Shown piece by piece: positions 27,825 through 36,976 of a DNA stretch of 64,000 nt. Origin of the DNA: an uncultured Bacillota bacterium (GTDB lineage: Bacteria; Sysuimicrobiota; Sysuimicrobiia; Sysuimicrobiales; Segetimicrobiaceae). Position 1 is the first letter of the stretch; the number at the start of each line of letters is the position of its first letter. The stretch lies in NCBI GenBank assembly GCA_963804645.1, contig CAWDRG010000005.1:1-64000 (forward strand). Reading direction: 5' to 3'. The notes under the pieces were generated by a model that saw only the letters and a program-made list of their open reading frames with translations, was not told where the DNA came from and ran no database searches. Position numbers and translations under genes: made by a program.

Positions 27825-29579
27825 CTACCCGAAGACCAGCCGCAGCCGCTTCTTTCCGAGCCAGGGCACGGGCAGATCGATCTTGGCAAAACCGGCGGCC
27901 AGGAGCAAGGGGTTGTGGGCACGCTTCTGAAAGCGCACCGTGATGTCGCGCTCGCCGAGCATCACGGTGGCCACGGCGTTGATGAAGTCGCGGAAGATGT
28001 GCTGCGACTTGGCCGTCGCGTATCCGTTGCCGAGCCGCTCGCCGAGCAGGCGATACAGGCTGCTGGCCATGAGGGTGAGCTGCAGATCGCAACTGACCTT
28101 CATGGCCACCGCTGAGGACAGCGCGTCCATATGGAAGAAGTTGATCCCGTCGGCGATGCCGTTCTCGATGAGCATGCGCTGCGCATAGCGGCCGACCACG
28201 TAGGCGGCGGCGCGGCGCAACTGGTTGGTCAGCACGATGGTCGGCTCCTCGTGGCCGAGGTCCGTGACGGTGATCTGTCGGATGGCGCCCTCGTAATCAC
28301 GCAGGCGGATCGTCTGATCGAGGATGCGCGGGGTGCGGTACGTGCGGGCCACGCCCTCGAGTTCGATGCGCCGCCACGCCGAGAGGGGCTGTTGGTGGAT
28401 GTCCTGGAGCATTTTGGCATCACGCCGGCGCAGCGTGATGAACTGGATGCCCATGCCATTGAGGCGGCTGAGGTGCTGATAGGTGGTCAGTCGGGAGTCG
28501 AACACCAACTCCTCCGGCAGATGCCCCGTGCGGTGCTTCCAGTACTCGACGAAGCGCAGGATCTCATCGTGCTGATCCTCCTTGCGCACCGCGGCGTTGC
28601 CGTAGCAGAACACGCGTTTCTCGGCATCCTGGGCGAGGAAGGCGAGCACGCCCTTTTGGCGGCGGGAGCGCTTGGAGACGTAATGCTTCTGCAGCAACGC
28701 ATCCTCGCCGTGAAACGGGATAGTGTGGAAGTCCACATCGAAGGACACCCCATGCTCGAAGCCCAGCGTCCGCATGGCCTCAAACCACCGGATCATCAGC
28801 TTCGGGTAGGCCCGCGGGTCGATCCGGCAACTGTACTCGGTGAGGAAGCTGCGCTTCGGGATGACGTTCAGGCCGGCAAAGAGCGCCAGCCCCTCATCGA
28901 ACACGGAGCTCATGACGTGGCTGTGGCGGGCGCTGCCGAAGAGCTTCAGCGCCAGCAACGAGCGCATGGCCTGTGCGGCTGGGACCTGCTGGGTGCCCGG
29001 AAACCCGCCGCTCTCGAGCATCCGCTCGAGCGGGATCTGCGCCAGAAACGGCACGAACAGGAACAGGCCCCCGAACTGGGTGCGAAAGTGCCGCGGGGCC
29101 AGATTCAGTCGACGCACGTCGGCCACCATGGCAGCATCGGGGCGAGGGCTCTCGGGACGCTCCTCGTCGGCGCGGCGCGGGAGCTTCGCAAAGCCGGCGT
29201 CCTTCAGCACGCGCGCCACGGCCGCCGGACTCAAGCGCCGGTCTTCCGCCTGCAGCACCCGGCTGATGTCGTAGATCGACAGGTTCTGCTTGCGCAGCTC
29301 GATGATCTTCTCGCCGATGGCGCTGCGCTTGGCGGACGCCTGCGGACCTTTGGTGACCGGTAGGAAGAACGCCCGGTGCGGATCGTGCCGAAAGCCGTGG
29401 CAGAGCACGCGAAAGCTGCCCGGGGTGTACCCGAAGCGGCGGGCGGCCTCGGCCGAGCCGAGCCGCTCGACGAAGTAGGCGCGGAGGGCTTCGTATTGCC
29501 GGTGGGTGGGGGTGGCCGGCTCGAGGAACGCCCGCCGAAGGTCGCGGTCTGTTAGCTCTTTATGAGAGCCAATAGACAT
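27825..29579 (-). CDS. DDE transposase with N-terminal HTH domains (IS4 superfamily-like; family uncertain)
   Basis: Putative triad VDFH / VFDSR / YAQRMLIEN (YxxRxxxE); lies between TIRs. Confidence 0.85.
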   Translation of the reverse strand: MSIGSHKELTDRDLRRAFLEPATPTHRQYEALRAYFVERLGSAEAARRFGYTPGSFRVLCHGFRHDPHRAFFLPVTKGPQASAKRSAIGEKIIELRKQNLSIYDISRVLQAEDRRLSPAAVARVLKDAGFAKLPRRADEERPESPRPDAAMVADVRRLNLAPRHFRTQFGGLFLFVPFLAQIPLERMLESGGFPGTQQVPAAQAMRSLLALKLFGSARHSHVMSSVFDEGLALFAGLNVIPKRSFLTEYSCRIDPRAYPKLMIRWFEAMRTLGFEHGVSFDVDFHTIPFHGEDALLQKHYVSKRSRRQKGVLAFLAQDAEKRVFCYGNAAVRKEDQHDEILRFVEYWKHRTGHLPEELVFDSRLTTYQHLSRLNGMGIQFITLRRRDAKMLQDIHQQPLSAWRRIELEGVARTYRTPRILDQTIRLRDYEGAIRQITVTDLGHEEPTIVLTNQLRRAAAYVVGRYAQRMLIENGIADGINFFHMDALSSAVAMKVSCDLQLTLMASSLYRLLGERLGNGYATAKSQHIFRDFINAVATVMLGERDITVRFQKRAHNPLLLAAGFAKIDLPVPWLGKKRLRLVFG

Positions 29580-29586
29580 ACTGCTC

Positions 29587-29615
29587 ACTATGTCATATCT
29601 TGTCCGCTAATGCAA
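29587..29615 (-). promoter_or_regulatory. Transposase promoter, probably giving a leaderless mRNA
   Basis: TTGCAT, 17-nt spacer, CATAGT; ATG at 29579 lies 7 nt beyond the -10; no SD. Confidence 0.55.
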
Positions 29616-30067
29616 GTGGAATCAACGGGCTGTCGCGGCCGATGCCACAAAAATAGCCCCGAGACGCCACTATCCGAATAGCGTCGGCCGGATTCACGGG
29701 CGATTCAGCCGTCACGAGGCGATGGTATATTAGTGTGTGGTAACGTTTATATCTACAGAATCGCTAATCTCGGCAGGCGTCCAGTGCCGCAGTTCTCGAG
29801 CGGATCACACCCTCGCCGTTAGGCCACGGCCCGCGATGGCAATCCAGGCTAGTACTACAAAGTCACGTCTACGCCTAAAAACGAGGGAGTCGACGCGCGC
29901 CGTGCGCGGTACGTGTCCCGGTGTTGCACGCCGCCGCCGTGCATCACGATAAGAGCGGTTGGCGATAGGAAACCCGTTCGTGCGCGTGGAACCCAACACG
30001 AGCGTTTCCGAGGCGAACTCTGCCTAGTGAGCTGCCGCGTTCGCATAAACGTCGGATCGCACGGGCG

Positions 30068-30553
30068 GTGTCTCACGTGCCAACCACGCGTCGAAATATC
30101 GGTGCGACGATCATCTTCCTCGCGATAGTGGCACTCATCGTCTTTTCCCAGCAACTCCAGGCGAGTGCAGTCGCGCTCTTTGTCGCGCTGGTCGTGTTGA
30201 CGATCGCGTTGACAGTGGTCAACCCCAACGACGCCGCGCTGCCGGGGTACTTGTTTGTCCTCATGTACTGCTCTATTCTCGTGCGCGTACAGGAGTTGGC
30301 CCCACTCGTCGCCCTCTTCTTTGCGCTGTCGCTGATCTGCGTCCTGATCGGCGCGCGCCGGGGACCCGCAAGCGCAGGCGTCCGCTCGGCCGCCGGCGCC
30401 CTGCTGTACGTCGCCGCGGCGCTCGTGACGATCGGCGCACAGCGGATCAGCGGAGCCGCGTTTCGCAACGTCGCGGTAGACGTTGCGATCCTGGCCAGCG
30501 CGTTCTTTGTCTTCGATCTTTGGGGGCGAGCGCGAAGACGCGGCGAGGGCTGA
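30068..30553 (+). CDS. Hypothetical multi-pass membrane protein
   Basis: About 6 hydrophobic segments; lower-GC codon usage. Confidence 0.6.
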   Translation: MSHVPTTRRNIGATIIFLAIVALIVFSQQLQASAVALFVALVVLTIALTVVNPNDAALPGYLFVLMYCSILVRVQELAPLVALFFALSLICVLIGARRGPASAGVRSAAGALLYVAAALVTIGAQRISGAAFRNVAVDVAILASAFFVFDLWGRARRRGEG

Positions 30554-30639
30554 GCGTTCCCCCGAATCGAGGAGACTGGAAAGCAGACCTGAAGTAATGC
30601 CGCCTCGGCGGTAGACCGGATTCGAGGAGGAGGCCTGCC

Positions 30640-31914
30640 ATGCGTAATGTCCGTCGGGCTCGTTACGGACTGAGCGCAGCGTTCTCGATCGCATTCGCGC
30701 TGAGCTTGACTGTCTATGCAGGCCCTGCCGCACGCGCGTTCACATGCCAAGACGCCATCTACACCAGCGGGATCGCATACACTGGCGCGTCGGTGGTGAT
30801 CGTCGCCTCGCCCCAGCGGCAGAACGGCGGCAACCTCTTCTACTTCTGGCAGAAAGGCGGCACCGGATCCTGGCAGAAGGAACAGGTCGCGTCAGGCAAC
30901 GATTGTCCGAACAACCAGAGCGGGTGGACACTCGGTGTGCCGACCGGGTACCGGTCAAGCGCGATCGCGTGGACGGGCAGCTCGGTCGTCATCGCCGCCT
31001 TGGATCAGCGAGATGGCGGCATCTACTACTGGTGGCAGCCGAGCGGTGGTACCACCTGGAACCAGCAGACAGTGGCCGCGGGTCCCCCCGGCTGCTGTTC
31101 CTTCGGCTCCGTAGTAAACGGCGTGACAACCCCCTACCTCGTCGGCTACTCCGTGCCGAGTATCGCCTGGACCGGCAGATCCGTCGTCATCGCCGCGATC
31201 GACAAGAACGGGCTGCACTATTGGTTTCAGGAGAAAGGCCAAACGACTTGGTACCATGAGCTGGTCTCGTCGCAAGATGGGAGCACCCACCCGACCCAGC
31301 CATCGATCGCGTGGACGGGGACGTCGGTCGTGATCGCCGACGCATGCAACGCGGGTCTCTGCTACTACTGGCAGCAGGCCGGGACGGCGCCCTGGCACCG
31401 CCAGGTCGTGGACACGGGCAGCGGGGATGGCTATCCTTCCATCGCCTGGAGCGGCAGCGCGGTGGTCATCGCCGCGGTCCAGGATCCCGGCAACATCGTC
31501 TACTGGTCGCAAGCCGCGGGGACGGCAACCTGGCACAAACAGCAGGTGAACACGAACGGCGCCCGGGAGTTCAGCGCCCCATCGATCGCCTGGGCCCGCG
31601 GCAACCCGGTCATCGTCGCCACGGACGATACCGTTAACTCGGCGTCCGCACCAACGTATCTAGACTATTGGTGGCAGTCGGGCGGCAGCAGCGGTGCGTG
31701 GAATCTGCAGCACCCTGACGGCGGGAACGGCAATTACAGTGGGTGGACCGATCCGCGGTCGATCGCGCTGGCCGGCGGCTCGATCGTCATCACCACGACC
31801 GACGCGTGCGGCGACCTCGACTATTGGTGGCAACAGATAGGCAGTCCGACGTGGCACGAACAACGGGTCAACACCAACGGCGGGTGGCCGGCCGGCACTC
31901 TTGGTTGCGGGTGA
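30640..31914 (+). CDS. Secreted 7-repeat beta-propeller protein (lectin-like)
   Basis: Signal peptide ending ARA; seven repeats SIAWxGxxVVIxA...Y(W/Y/F)xQxxGxxxWxxQxV; GAGGAGGAGG RBS. Confidence 0.85.
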   Translation: MRNVRRARYGLSAAFSIAFALSLTVYAGPAARAFTCQDAIYTSGIAYTGASVVIVASPQRQNGGNLFYFWQKGGTGSWQKEQVASGNDCPNNQSGWTLGVPTGYRSSAIAWTGSSVVIAALDQRDGGIYYWWQPSGGTTWNQQTVAAGPPGCCSFGSVVNGVTTPYLVGYSVPSIAWTGRSVVIAAIDKNGLHYWFQEKGQTTWYHELVSSQDGSTHPTQPSIAWTGTSVVIADACNAGLCYYWQQAGTAPWHRQVVDTGSGDGYPSIAWSGSAVVIAAVQDPGNIVYWSQAAGTATWHKQQVNTNGAREFSAPSIAWARGNPVIVATDDTVNSASAPTYLDYWWQSGGSSGAWNLQHPDGGNGNYSGWTDPRSIALAGGSIVITTTDACGDLDYWWQQIGSPTWHEQRVNTNGGWPAGTLGCG

Positions 31915-32053
31915 ACATAAGTGGAGCGGTTCGCGACTATCTTTCCGGCCGACGTCGGCGGCGCGCAGAGCGAAGCCTCATGATCGGCCTCTACTTGTCG
32001 AATTTGTCCGCCTCGTCTTTCGTGATCTCGATGAAGACCTGGGTGGAGAACAT

Positions 32054-32152
32054 CCTCTGGTACGCCTCCCCGAGCCTCTCCACCGTCAGTAGGTGCGCCA
32101 ACGACGTGAATTGCAGCGTGTGATCCTGCTTCGTCAGTTCGGATATGCGCTC
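32054..32152 (-). pseudogene. Fragment of group II intron reverse transcriptase N-terminus
   Basis: Translates ERISELTKQDHTLQFTSLAHLLTVERLGEAYQR; no start and no RT core. Confidence 0.65.
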
Positions 32153-32209
32153 TGAAAACGAAAGATGCGCCTAGGCTGAGTCATTCTTGGTCGGACGACG
32201 CACGAGGTG

Positions 32210-32330
32210 GGCCGCGATTTGGTAGTTGGCCACCTTGCCCAAGGTGCCCGAGTACTGCCGCACCACCCCGACAGAATGCTTGCCTTGCTTGGGAACCCTG
32301 GTGTCATCGACGATCAACAGCCCGGGGCCC
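32210..32330 (-). pseudogene. IS701-family transposase fragment
   Basis: [33 protein letters not shown] is the IS701 signature region. Confidence 0.88.
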
Positions 32331-32663
32331 ATTTCCGCGCACATCACACCCAGTATGCGACAGACCCAGATTAGCGCGAGAAAGATCCGATCGATGGTGG
32401 CCCCGCAGCGCTTGAGACGCTCGACCAACGCCGCCTTCCGCGCGTCGGTGACGAGATAGCTCGCGCCGCCGACCGGCCAGACTCCAGGCGTCGTAAAGAC
32501 CCTACCCCCGGCACGCGCGTGAATACCTGGGCCTCCAACGAATGAGCCGCCTGACCCGGGAGTTCACCCCGGCTGACCCGGTGTCGTGTCTCCTCGTTGC
32601 CGGTGCCGTCGTCGCGCCAGCGGACCGGGGCGCATCGACAACCGACCGGAGGTCGGACGCCGG

Positions 32664-33410
32664 CTACCGGCTCCGGGGCACGCGCGCCGGCCGGTCGAGC
32701 GTATAGCCGGCGTTGACCGCGTCCGTGCGAAACATTCGGACCGTCTCGAGCGAGAACTCGCCGAGGTCCTTCCCCAGCCCGTCGAGCTTCGCGAGGATAT
32801 CGGACGTCACGGTGATGACGTGGCACCCGATCGCGTCGGCCTGGAGAACGTTCAGCACCTCGCGCGGGCTCGCCCAGATCAGTTCCACGTTCGGGCTGGG
32901 CGCGAGGAGCGCAAGCGCCGCGGTCATCAGCGGCACCGGGTCGCGCCCGGTGTCCGCGATGCGCCCGGCGAACACGGACGCGTACGCGGGCGCGCCGCCG
33001 CGGACGGCCGCGGCCACGTCGCGGACCTGCTCGAGCGTAAACATGGCGGTGACGTTGACCTTGACCCCTGACGCGGAGAGCTCCCGGACGAGCGGAATCG
33101 ACGAGTCGCCGCGCGTGTTCGTGATCGGGATCTTCACGTACACGTGCTGGCCCCACGACGCGATCTCGCGGGCCTGGCGCTGCATCTCGGCGAACTCGTC
33201 CGCGAACACCTCGAACGAGATCGGGCGGTCGGGGATGTGCTCGAGGACATCCAGCGCAAACGCCCGGTAGTCGGCCACGCCGGCCTTCCGCATCAGCGTC
33301 GGATTCGTCGTGAATCCCCGCACGAGTGGATGCCGGTAGAGCGCGACCATCGCGGTCCGATCGGCCCCGTCGGCGAACACCTTGACCCGCAGCTGCGCTC
33401 CCGCCGTCAC
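32664..33410 (-). CDS. Short transaldolase (glycan-cluster/LmbR-like type)
   Basis: KVFADGAD, FTTNPTLM, ISFEV, catalytic YVKIP, SVFAGRIADTG, WASPRE. Confidence 0.9.
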   Translation of the reverse strand: MTAGAQLRVKVFADGADRTAMVALYRHPLVRGFTTNPTLMRKAGVADYRAFALDVLEHIPDRPISFEVFADEFAEMQRQAREIASWGQHVYVKIPITNTRGDSSIPLVRELSASGVKVNVTAMFTLEQVRDVAAAVRGGAPAYASVFAGRIADTGRDPVPLMTAALALLAPSPNVELIWASPREVLNVLQADAIGCHVITVTSDILAKLDGLGKDLGEFSLETVRMFRTDAVNAGYTLDRPARVPRSR

Positions 33411-33985
33411 GGTCTCCCCTTCCCCCGCGCCGCCCTCGACAGGATCCACTCGGCGGCCTCGGCGATCGAGGCGGCCGTGTAGTCCGGCAGCGAGCCGTAC
33501 GCGGGTTCCCCCCAGCCGTCGCCGAGCAGCACCGTCGCGCATCCGGCCCGGCGGCCCGCCTCGACGTCCTTCCAGCGGTCGCCGACCATCACGCTCTCGA
33601 GCAGGTTGATTCTATACCGCTCGGCCGCCTCGAGCAAGAGTCCCGGGCGGGGCTTGCGGCAGTCGCACCCGTCCGCGTCGTCGTGGTAGCACACGAGGAT
33701 CGCGTCGAGCGGCAGGCGCGCAAGCAGAGCCGCGTGCATCGCCTCGACGACCTCGCGGCGCTGCCGGCCGCGGGCGACCTCGGGCTGATTGGTGGCGCCG
33801 ATCAGCAGCAGCCCCGCGTCGCGCAGCCGTGCGAGCGCCTCGGGCACGCCGTCCGGCACCACGAGCTCGTCGAGCGTCGCAGGCGAGTGCGGGCGTCCGT
33901 CGCGCACGATCGCGCGATTGAGGACCCCATCGCGGTCGAGAAATACCGCCGGGCGGCCGTCCGGGCTCAGCGCACGGACTCCCAC
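33407..33985 (-). CDS. gmhB: HAD-IIIA sugar-bisphosphate phosphatase (GmhB/LmbK-like)
   Basis: FLDRDG, TNQP, CYH..CDCRKP, MVGDRWKD. Confidence 0.88.
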   Translation of the reverse strand: MGVRALSPDGRPAVFLDRDGVLNRAIVRDGRPHSPATLDELVVPDGVPEALARLRDAGLLLIGATNQPEVARGRQRREVVEAMHAALLARLPLDAILVCYHDDADGCDCRKPRPGLLLEAAERYRINLLESVMVGDRWKDVEAGRRAGCATVLLGDGWGEPAYGSLPDYTAASIAEAAEWILSRAARGKGRP

Positions 33986-34563
33986 TTCGTCGGCGCGCGC
34001 CGGAGCGCGGGATGCGACACCATCAGATGCCAGACGACCGCCTGGAACGCCTCGGCGTGCGGGGTGACGCGGTCCGGCGAGACCGTCGGCACGATCACGC
34101 ACGCGTCCGCGACCTCCGCGGTATAGCCGCCCGCGCGGCCGACGATCCCGATCACGCGCGCCCCGACCTGCTTCGCGTACCGGACGGCGTGGACGAGGTT
34201 CGGGCTGACGTTGCGGGCCAGGTCTCCGCCGCCCACAGAGAGCACCAGCACGAGATCGCGCCCATCGAGCCGGCTCGTGCGCAGCCACCCCTCGAACGCG
34301 GTGGCCCAGCCCTCGTCGTTGGTTCGGGCGGTGAGCTCGGATACGTTGTCGGTCGGCGCGTAGGCCTCGATTTCGGTGATCTTTCGAAAGTCGTTGACGG
34401 CGTGGGACGCGTTGGCCGCGCTCCCCCCGACGCCCAGGATGAAGAGCCGGCCGCCCCGCTCGCGGGTCTCGACCAGCAGAGCCACGGCCCGCTCCACCGC
34501 GTCCGCGTCGAGCGCCTGGGCGATCGCGGCCGCCTCATCAAGGTACTGCCTCGCGAAGCTCAT
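33967..34563 (-). CDS. SIS-domain phosphosugar isomerase (GmhA-like, atypical)
   Basis: GVGGSAANASHAVND, TARTND, LSVGGG, SPNL, HAEAFQAVVWH. Confidence 0.85.
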   Translation of the reverse strand: MSFARQYLDEAAAIAQALDADAVERAVALLVETRERGGRLFILGVGGSAANASHAVNDFRKITEIEAYAPTDNVSELTARTNDEGWATAFEGWLRTSRLDGRDLVLVLSVGGGDLARNVSPNLVHAVRYAKQVGARVIGIVGRAGGYTAEVADACVIVPTVSPDRVTPHAEAFQAVVWHLMVSHPALRRAPTKWESVR

Positions 34564-34639
34564 CGCCGCGCCTCCTCCGGCCGCGTCTCGGCGCGCCGCG
34601 TGTGAGGCGTCAGGAGTTCCCGAATCGACCCGTGCGCGG

Positions 34640-34885
34640 TCAGGAGCGGTCCCCCGCAGTCCCGAGGGCCCGCTCGAGCGCGCCGACCTTGGCTTCGAGC
34701 GCCCGCTGCTTCGCCGTCACGTCGGCGAACAGGCCGAGCGTCACGAGTGCCAGCCCGAGCACGCAGCCCGCGATATCGACGTAGCTCACGGATCCCCCGT
34801 ACTTCCCAGGCAGATACAGGTTCACCACGGCCACCCCGAACAGCACCGCCGGCACCGTGATCGCCAGGCGTGACAGTCCGGCCAT
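34640..34885 (-). CDS. Small 2-TM membrane protein with coiled-coil tail
   Basis: GAGGAGG RBS; two hydrophobic helices then QRALEAKVGALERAL. Confidence 0.65.
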   Translation of the reverse strand: MAGLSRLAITVPAVLFGVAVVNLYLPGKYGGSVSYVDIAGCVLGLALVTLGLFADVTAKQRALEAKVGALERALGTAGDRS

Positions 34886-34928
34886 CGCCGCACCTCCTCG
34901 ATCGCCGCGGCGCGTGCGCCGCGACGCC

Positions 34929-35978
34929 CTACCGCTCTGTCCACGTCCACAACGATTCCGCGCCGCGCCGCCGCCACAGCCGCACGAGCACCCCGCTGCC
35001 CCACGCCATGTGGATGCACGGAAACGCCGCCGCGACGCGCGGCCACAGCCCCAGGCGTCCGGCGGCCGCGGACGCCGCGATCGCAGCAGCGAGGTCGCAC
35101 ACCACGTAGGCGCCGAGGAGCGCGCCGAACGCGGCGAGGCTCCAGCGGCTGACAAACGACAGCGCCCCCAGCACGACCAGCGCCGCGACCAGGGCCGGGG
35201 GCACCGCCTGGCGCCAGGACGTGAGGTTCCCGTGCTTTAAGAGATTACCCGCTCTGGCGCCGCCGTAGCGGAAGTACAGCTTCCACAGCGCCCCGAGGGT
35301 CTCCCGAGGATAGTAGCCGACCACGATCGCGGTGTCGAGATAGACGCGTCCACCGGCCTCGCGAATCCGCTGGTTGATGTCCGAGTCCTCGCTGAGCAGC
35401 GGCGCGTCCTCGTCGAACAGGCCCACCCGGTCGAACACCTCGCGGCGAAAGCAGCCGAGATAGACCGAGTCCACAAACCCGCTCCGCCGCCCGAGCCGGA
35501 ACTGCGCGTTGCCCACGCCGAACGGGTGCGACATCGCGAGCCCGATCGCCTCCTGCATCGGCGCCGCCGCGATCGGCTTCTGGATGCCGCCGACGTTGTC
35601 GGCGCCGGTCCGCTCAAGCGCGTCGACGCAGCGCGCCAGATAGTCGCGCGGCACCAGGGCCCGCGCGTCGATGCGGGCGATCACACTCCCGCGCGCGGCG
35701 CGGATGCCGGTGTTGACCGCGGACGGGCGCTGGCGCTTGGGATCGTCGACGAGGCGCAGGGCGGGACCGTCGGCCCCTCCGCCGGCGCGCTCCGCGATCA
35801 GCCGCTCCACGTGCTCGCGCGTCCCGTCGTCGCTCAATCCATCCACGACGATGACCTCGACCCGACCGGGAGGATACGTCTGCTCCAATAGGCGGCGCAG
35901 GCACGCATCGACGTGCGGCGCTTCGTTCCAGACCGGCACGACGACCGACACGAAGGGGCAGTCCGCGGCCGCGCTCAC
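34929..35978 (-). CDS. Glycosyltransferase family 2 (ExoA-like)
   Basis: VSVVVPVWNE, VDGLSDDGT, RIDAR, SEDSDINQR; C-terminal TM helices. Confidence 0.9.
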   Translation of the reverse strand: MSAAADCPFVSVVVPVWNEAPHVDACLRRLLEQTYPPGRVEVIVVDGLSDDGTREHVERLIAERAGGGADGPALRLVDDPKRQRPSAVNTGIRAARGSVIARIDARALVPRDYLARCVDALERTGADNVGGIQKPIAAAPMQEAIGLAMSHPFGVGNAQFRLGRRSGFVDSVYLGCFRREVFDRVGLFDEDAPLLSEDSDINQRIREAGGRVYLDTAIVVGYYPRETLGALWKLYFRYGGARAGNLLKHGNLTSWRQAVPPALVAALVVLGALSFVSRWSLAAFGALLGAYVVCDLAAAIAASAAAGRLGLWPRVAAAFPCIHMAWGSGVLVRLWRRRGAESLWTWTER

Positions 35979-36976
35979 GCCCGGACCGCCCCCCGGGACG
36001 CGGCCCGGGTGTCGCGGCGCCGGGTCCCGCGCTCGAACGACCGGCGCTGCCGCCAGCGCCAGATCCGGATCGTCGAGGATTTCACCGCCGGCGCCGGCAC
36101 GGCCGAGACGACCGCCCGCAGGACCAGGCTCGCGGGGCCGGGGAGCGCGCGCGCGATCGCGTCGTTGAACCCGGGCTTGTCGCCGTTCGCGAGGTAGGCC
36201 GCGGCGAGATTGAGGCGGCAGCGCCGCAGGATGCGCGGCGCCCCGAGCGCCGCGCGCTCAGACTCACTCATCTCCCCAAACAGGCGCTCAAACATGCTGA
36301 GCGCGTTCCGCTTGAGGATCCACTGAATCTCCATCGTCGTGTTGCTGTCCTCCCGCACCTCCACGACCGCCAAATCCTCGGGCACGTACCCGAACCGGAC
36401 GCCGGCCCGCAGGAGGCGGAGGCACAGGTCCCACTCCTCCGGGAAGTACCGATCCTCGCGGAAGAAAAAGCCGCGCCGCAGCACGTCCCCGCGCACCATG
36501 AGCGTGTTCGGATTGATGAGCGACGCGTGCAGCAGCGCGTGGAACACGTCCCGGTCGCCGAGCGAGATGGGCCGGCGGAACACGCGGGACGGGTCGTGCG
36601 CGTAGAAGTGCAGCGCGTCGCAGAACACGGCGCCGTACTCGGGCCGGGCCTCGAGCCACGCGACCTCCCGCGCGACCTTGGCGGAGAGATAGAAGTCGTC
36701 GGCATCGAGAAACGTGATGTAGTCGCCCCGGCTCTCGCGGATGCCGCGGTTGCGGGCCGGGCCCTGGCCCTGGTTCGGCTGGGACAGCACCCGGACGCGG
36801 CCGTCCGGGATCCCGCGGGCGATCTCGGCGGTCCGGTCGGTCGAGCCGTCGTCGACGACGAGGATCTCGAGGCGGTCGTACGTCTGCTCGAGCGCGCTGC
36901 GCAGCGCGCGCAGGAGAAACCGCTCCGCGTTGTACGCGGGCACGATGATCGAGACGAGCGGCGCCGCGTCCCTCAC
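35975..36976 (-). CDS. Glycosyltransferase family 2
   Basis: VSIIVPAYN, VDDGSTD, ARNRG, FLDADD. Confidence 0.9.
   Translation of the reverse strand: MRDAAPLVSIIVPAYNAERFLLRALRSALEQTYDRLEILVVDDGSTDRTAEIARGIPDGRVRVLSQPNQGQGPARNRGIRESRGDYITFLDADDFYLSAKVAREVAWLEARPEYGAVFCDALHFYAHDPSRVFRRPISLGDRDVFHALLHASLINPNTLMVRGDVLRRGFFFREDRYFPEEWDLCLRLLRAGVRFGYVPEDLAVVEVREDSNTTMEIQWILKRNALSMFERLFGEMSESERAALGAPRILRRCRLNLAAAYLANGDKPGFNDAIARALPGPASLVLRAVVSAVPAPAVKSSTIRIWRWRQRRSFERGTRRRDTRAASRGAVRA

Larger units (their letters stand above)
27042..29848 (-). mobile_element. Complete insertion sequence (2807 bp) with transposase and passenger gene
   Basis: Imperfect TIRs: CCTGGATTCCCACGGCGG (27042-27059) vs reverse complement of 29831-29848 CCTGGATTGCCATCGCGG (15/18); CTAG at 27038-27041 and 29849-29852. 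Confidence 0.85.

Noticed and set aside
32551..32583. CTGACCCGG repeated with 11/22-nt periodicity
   Set aside because: Only 2-3 degenerate units within pseudogene debris; not a CRISPR array and no cognate regulator is evident.
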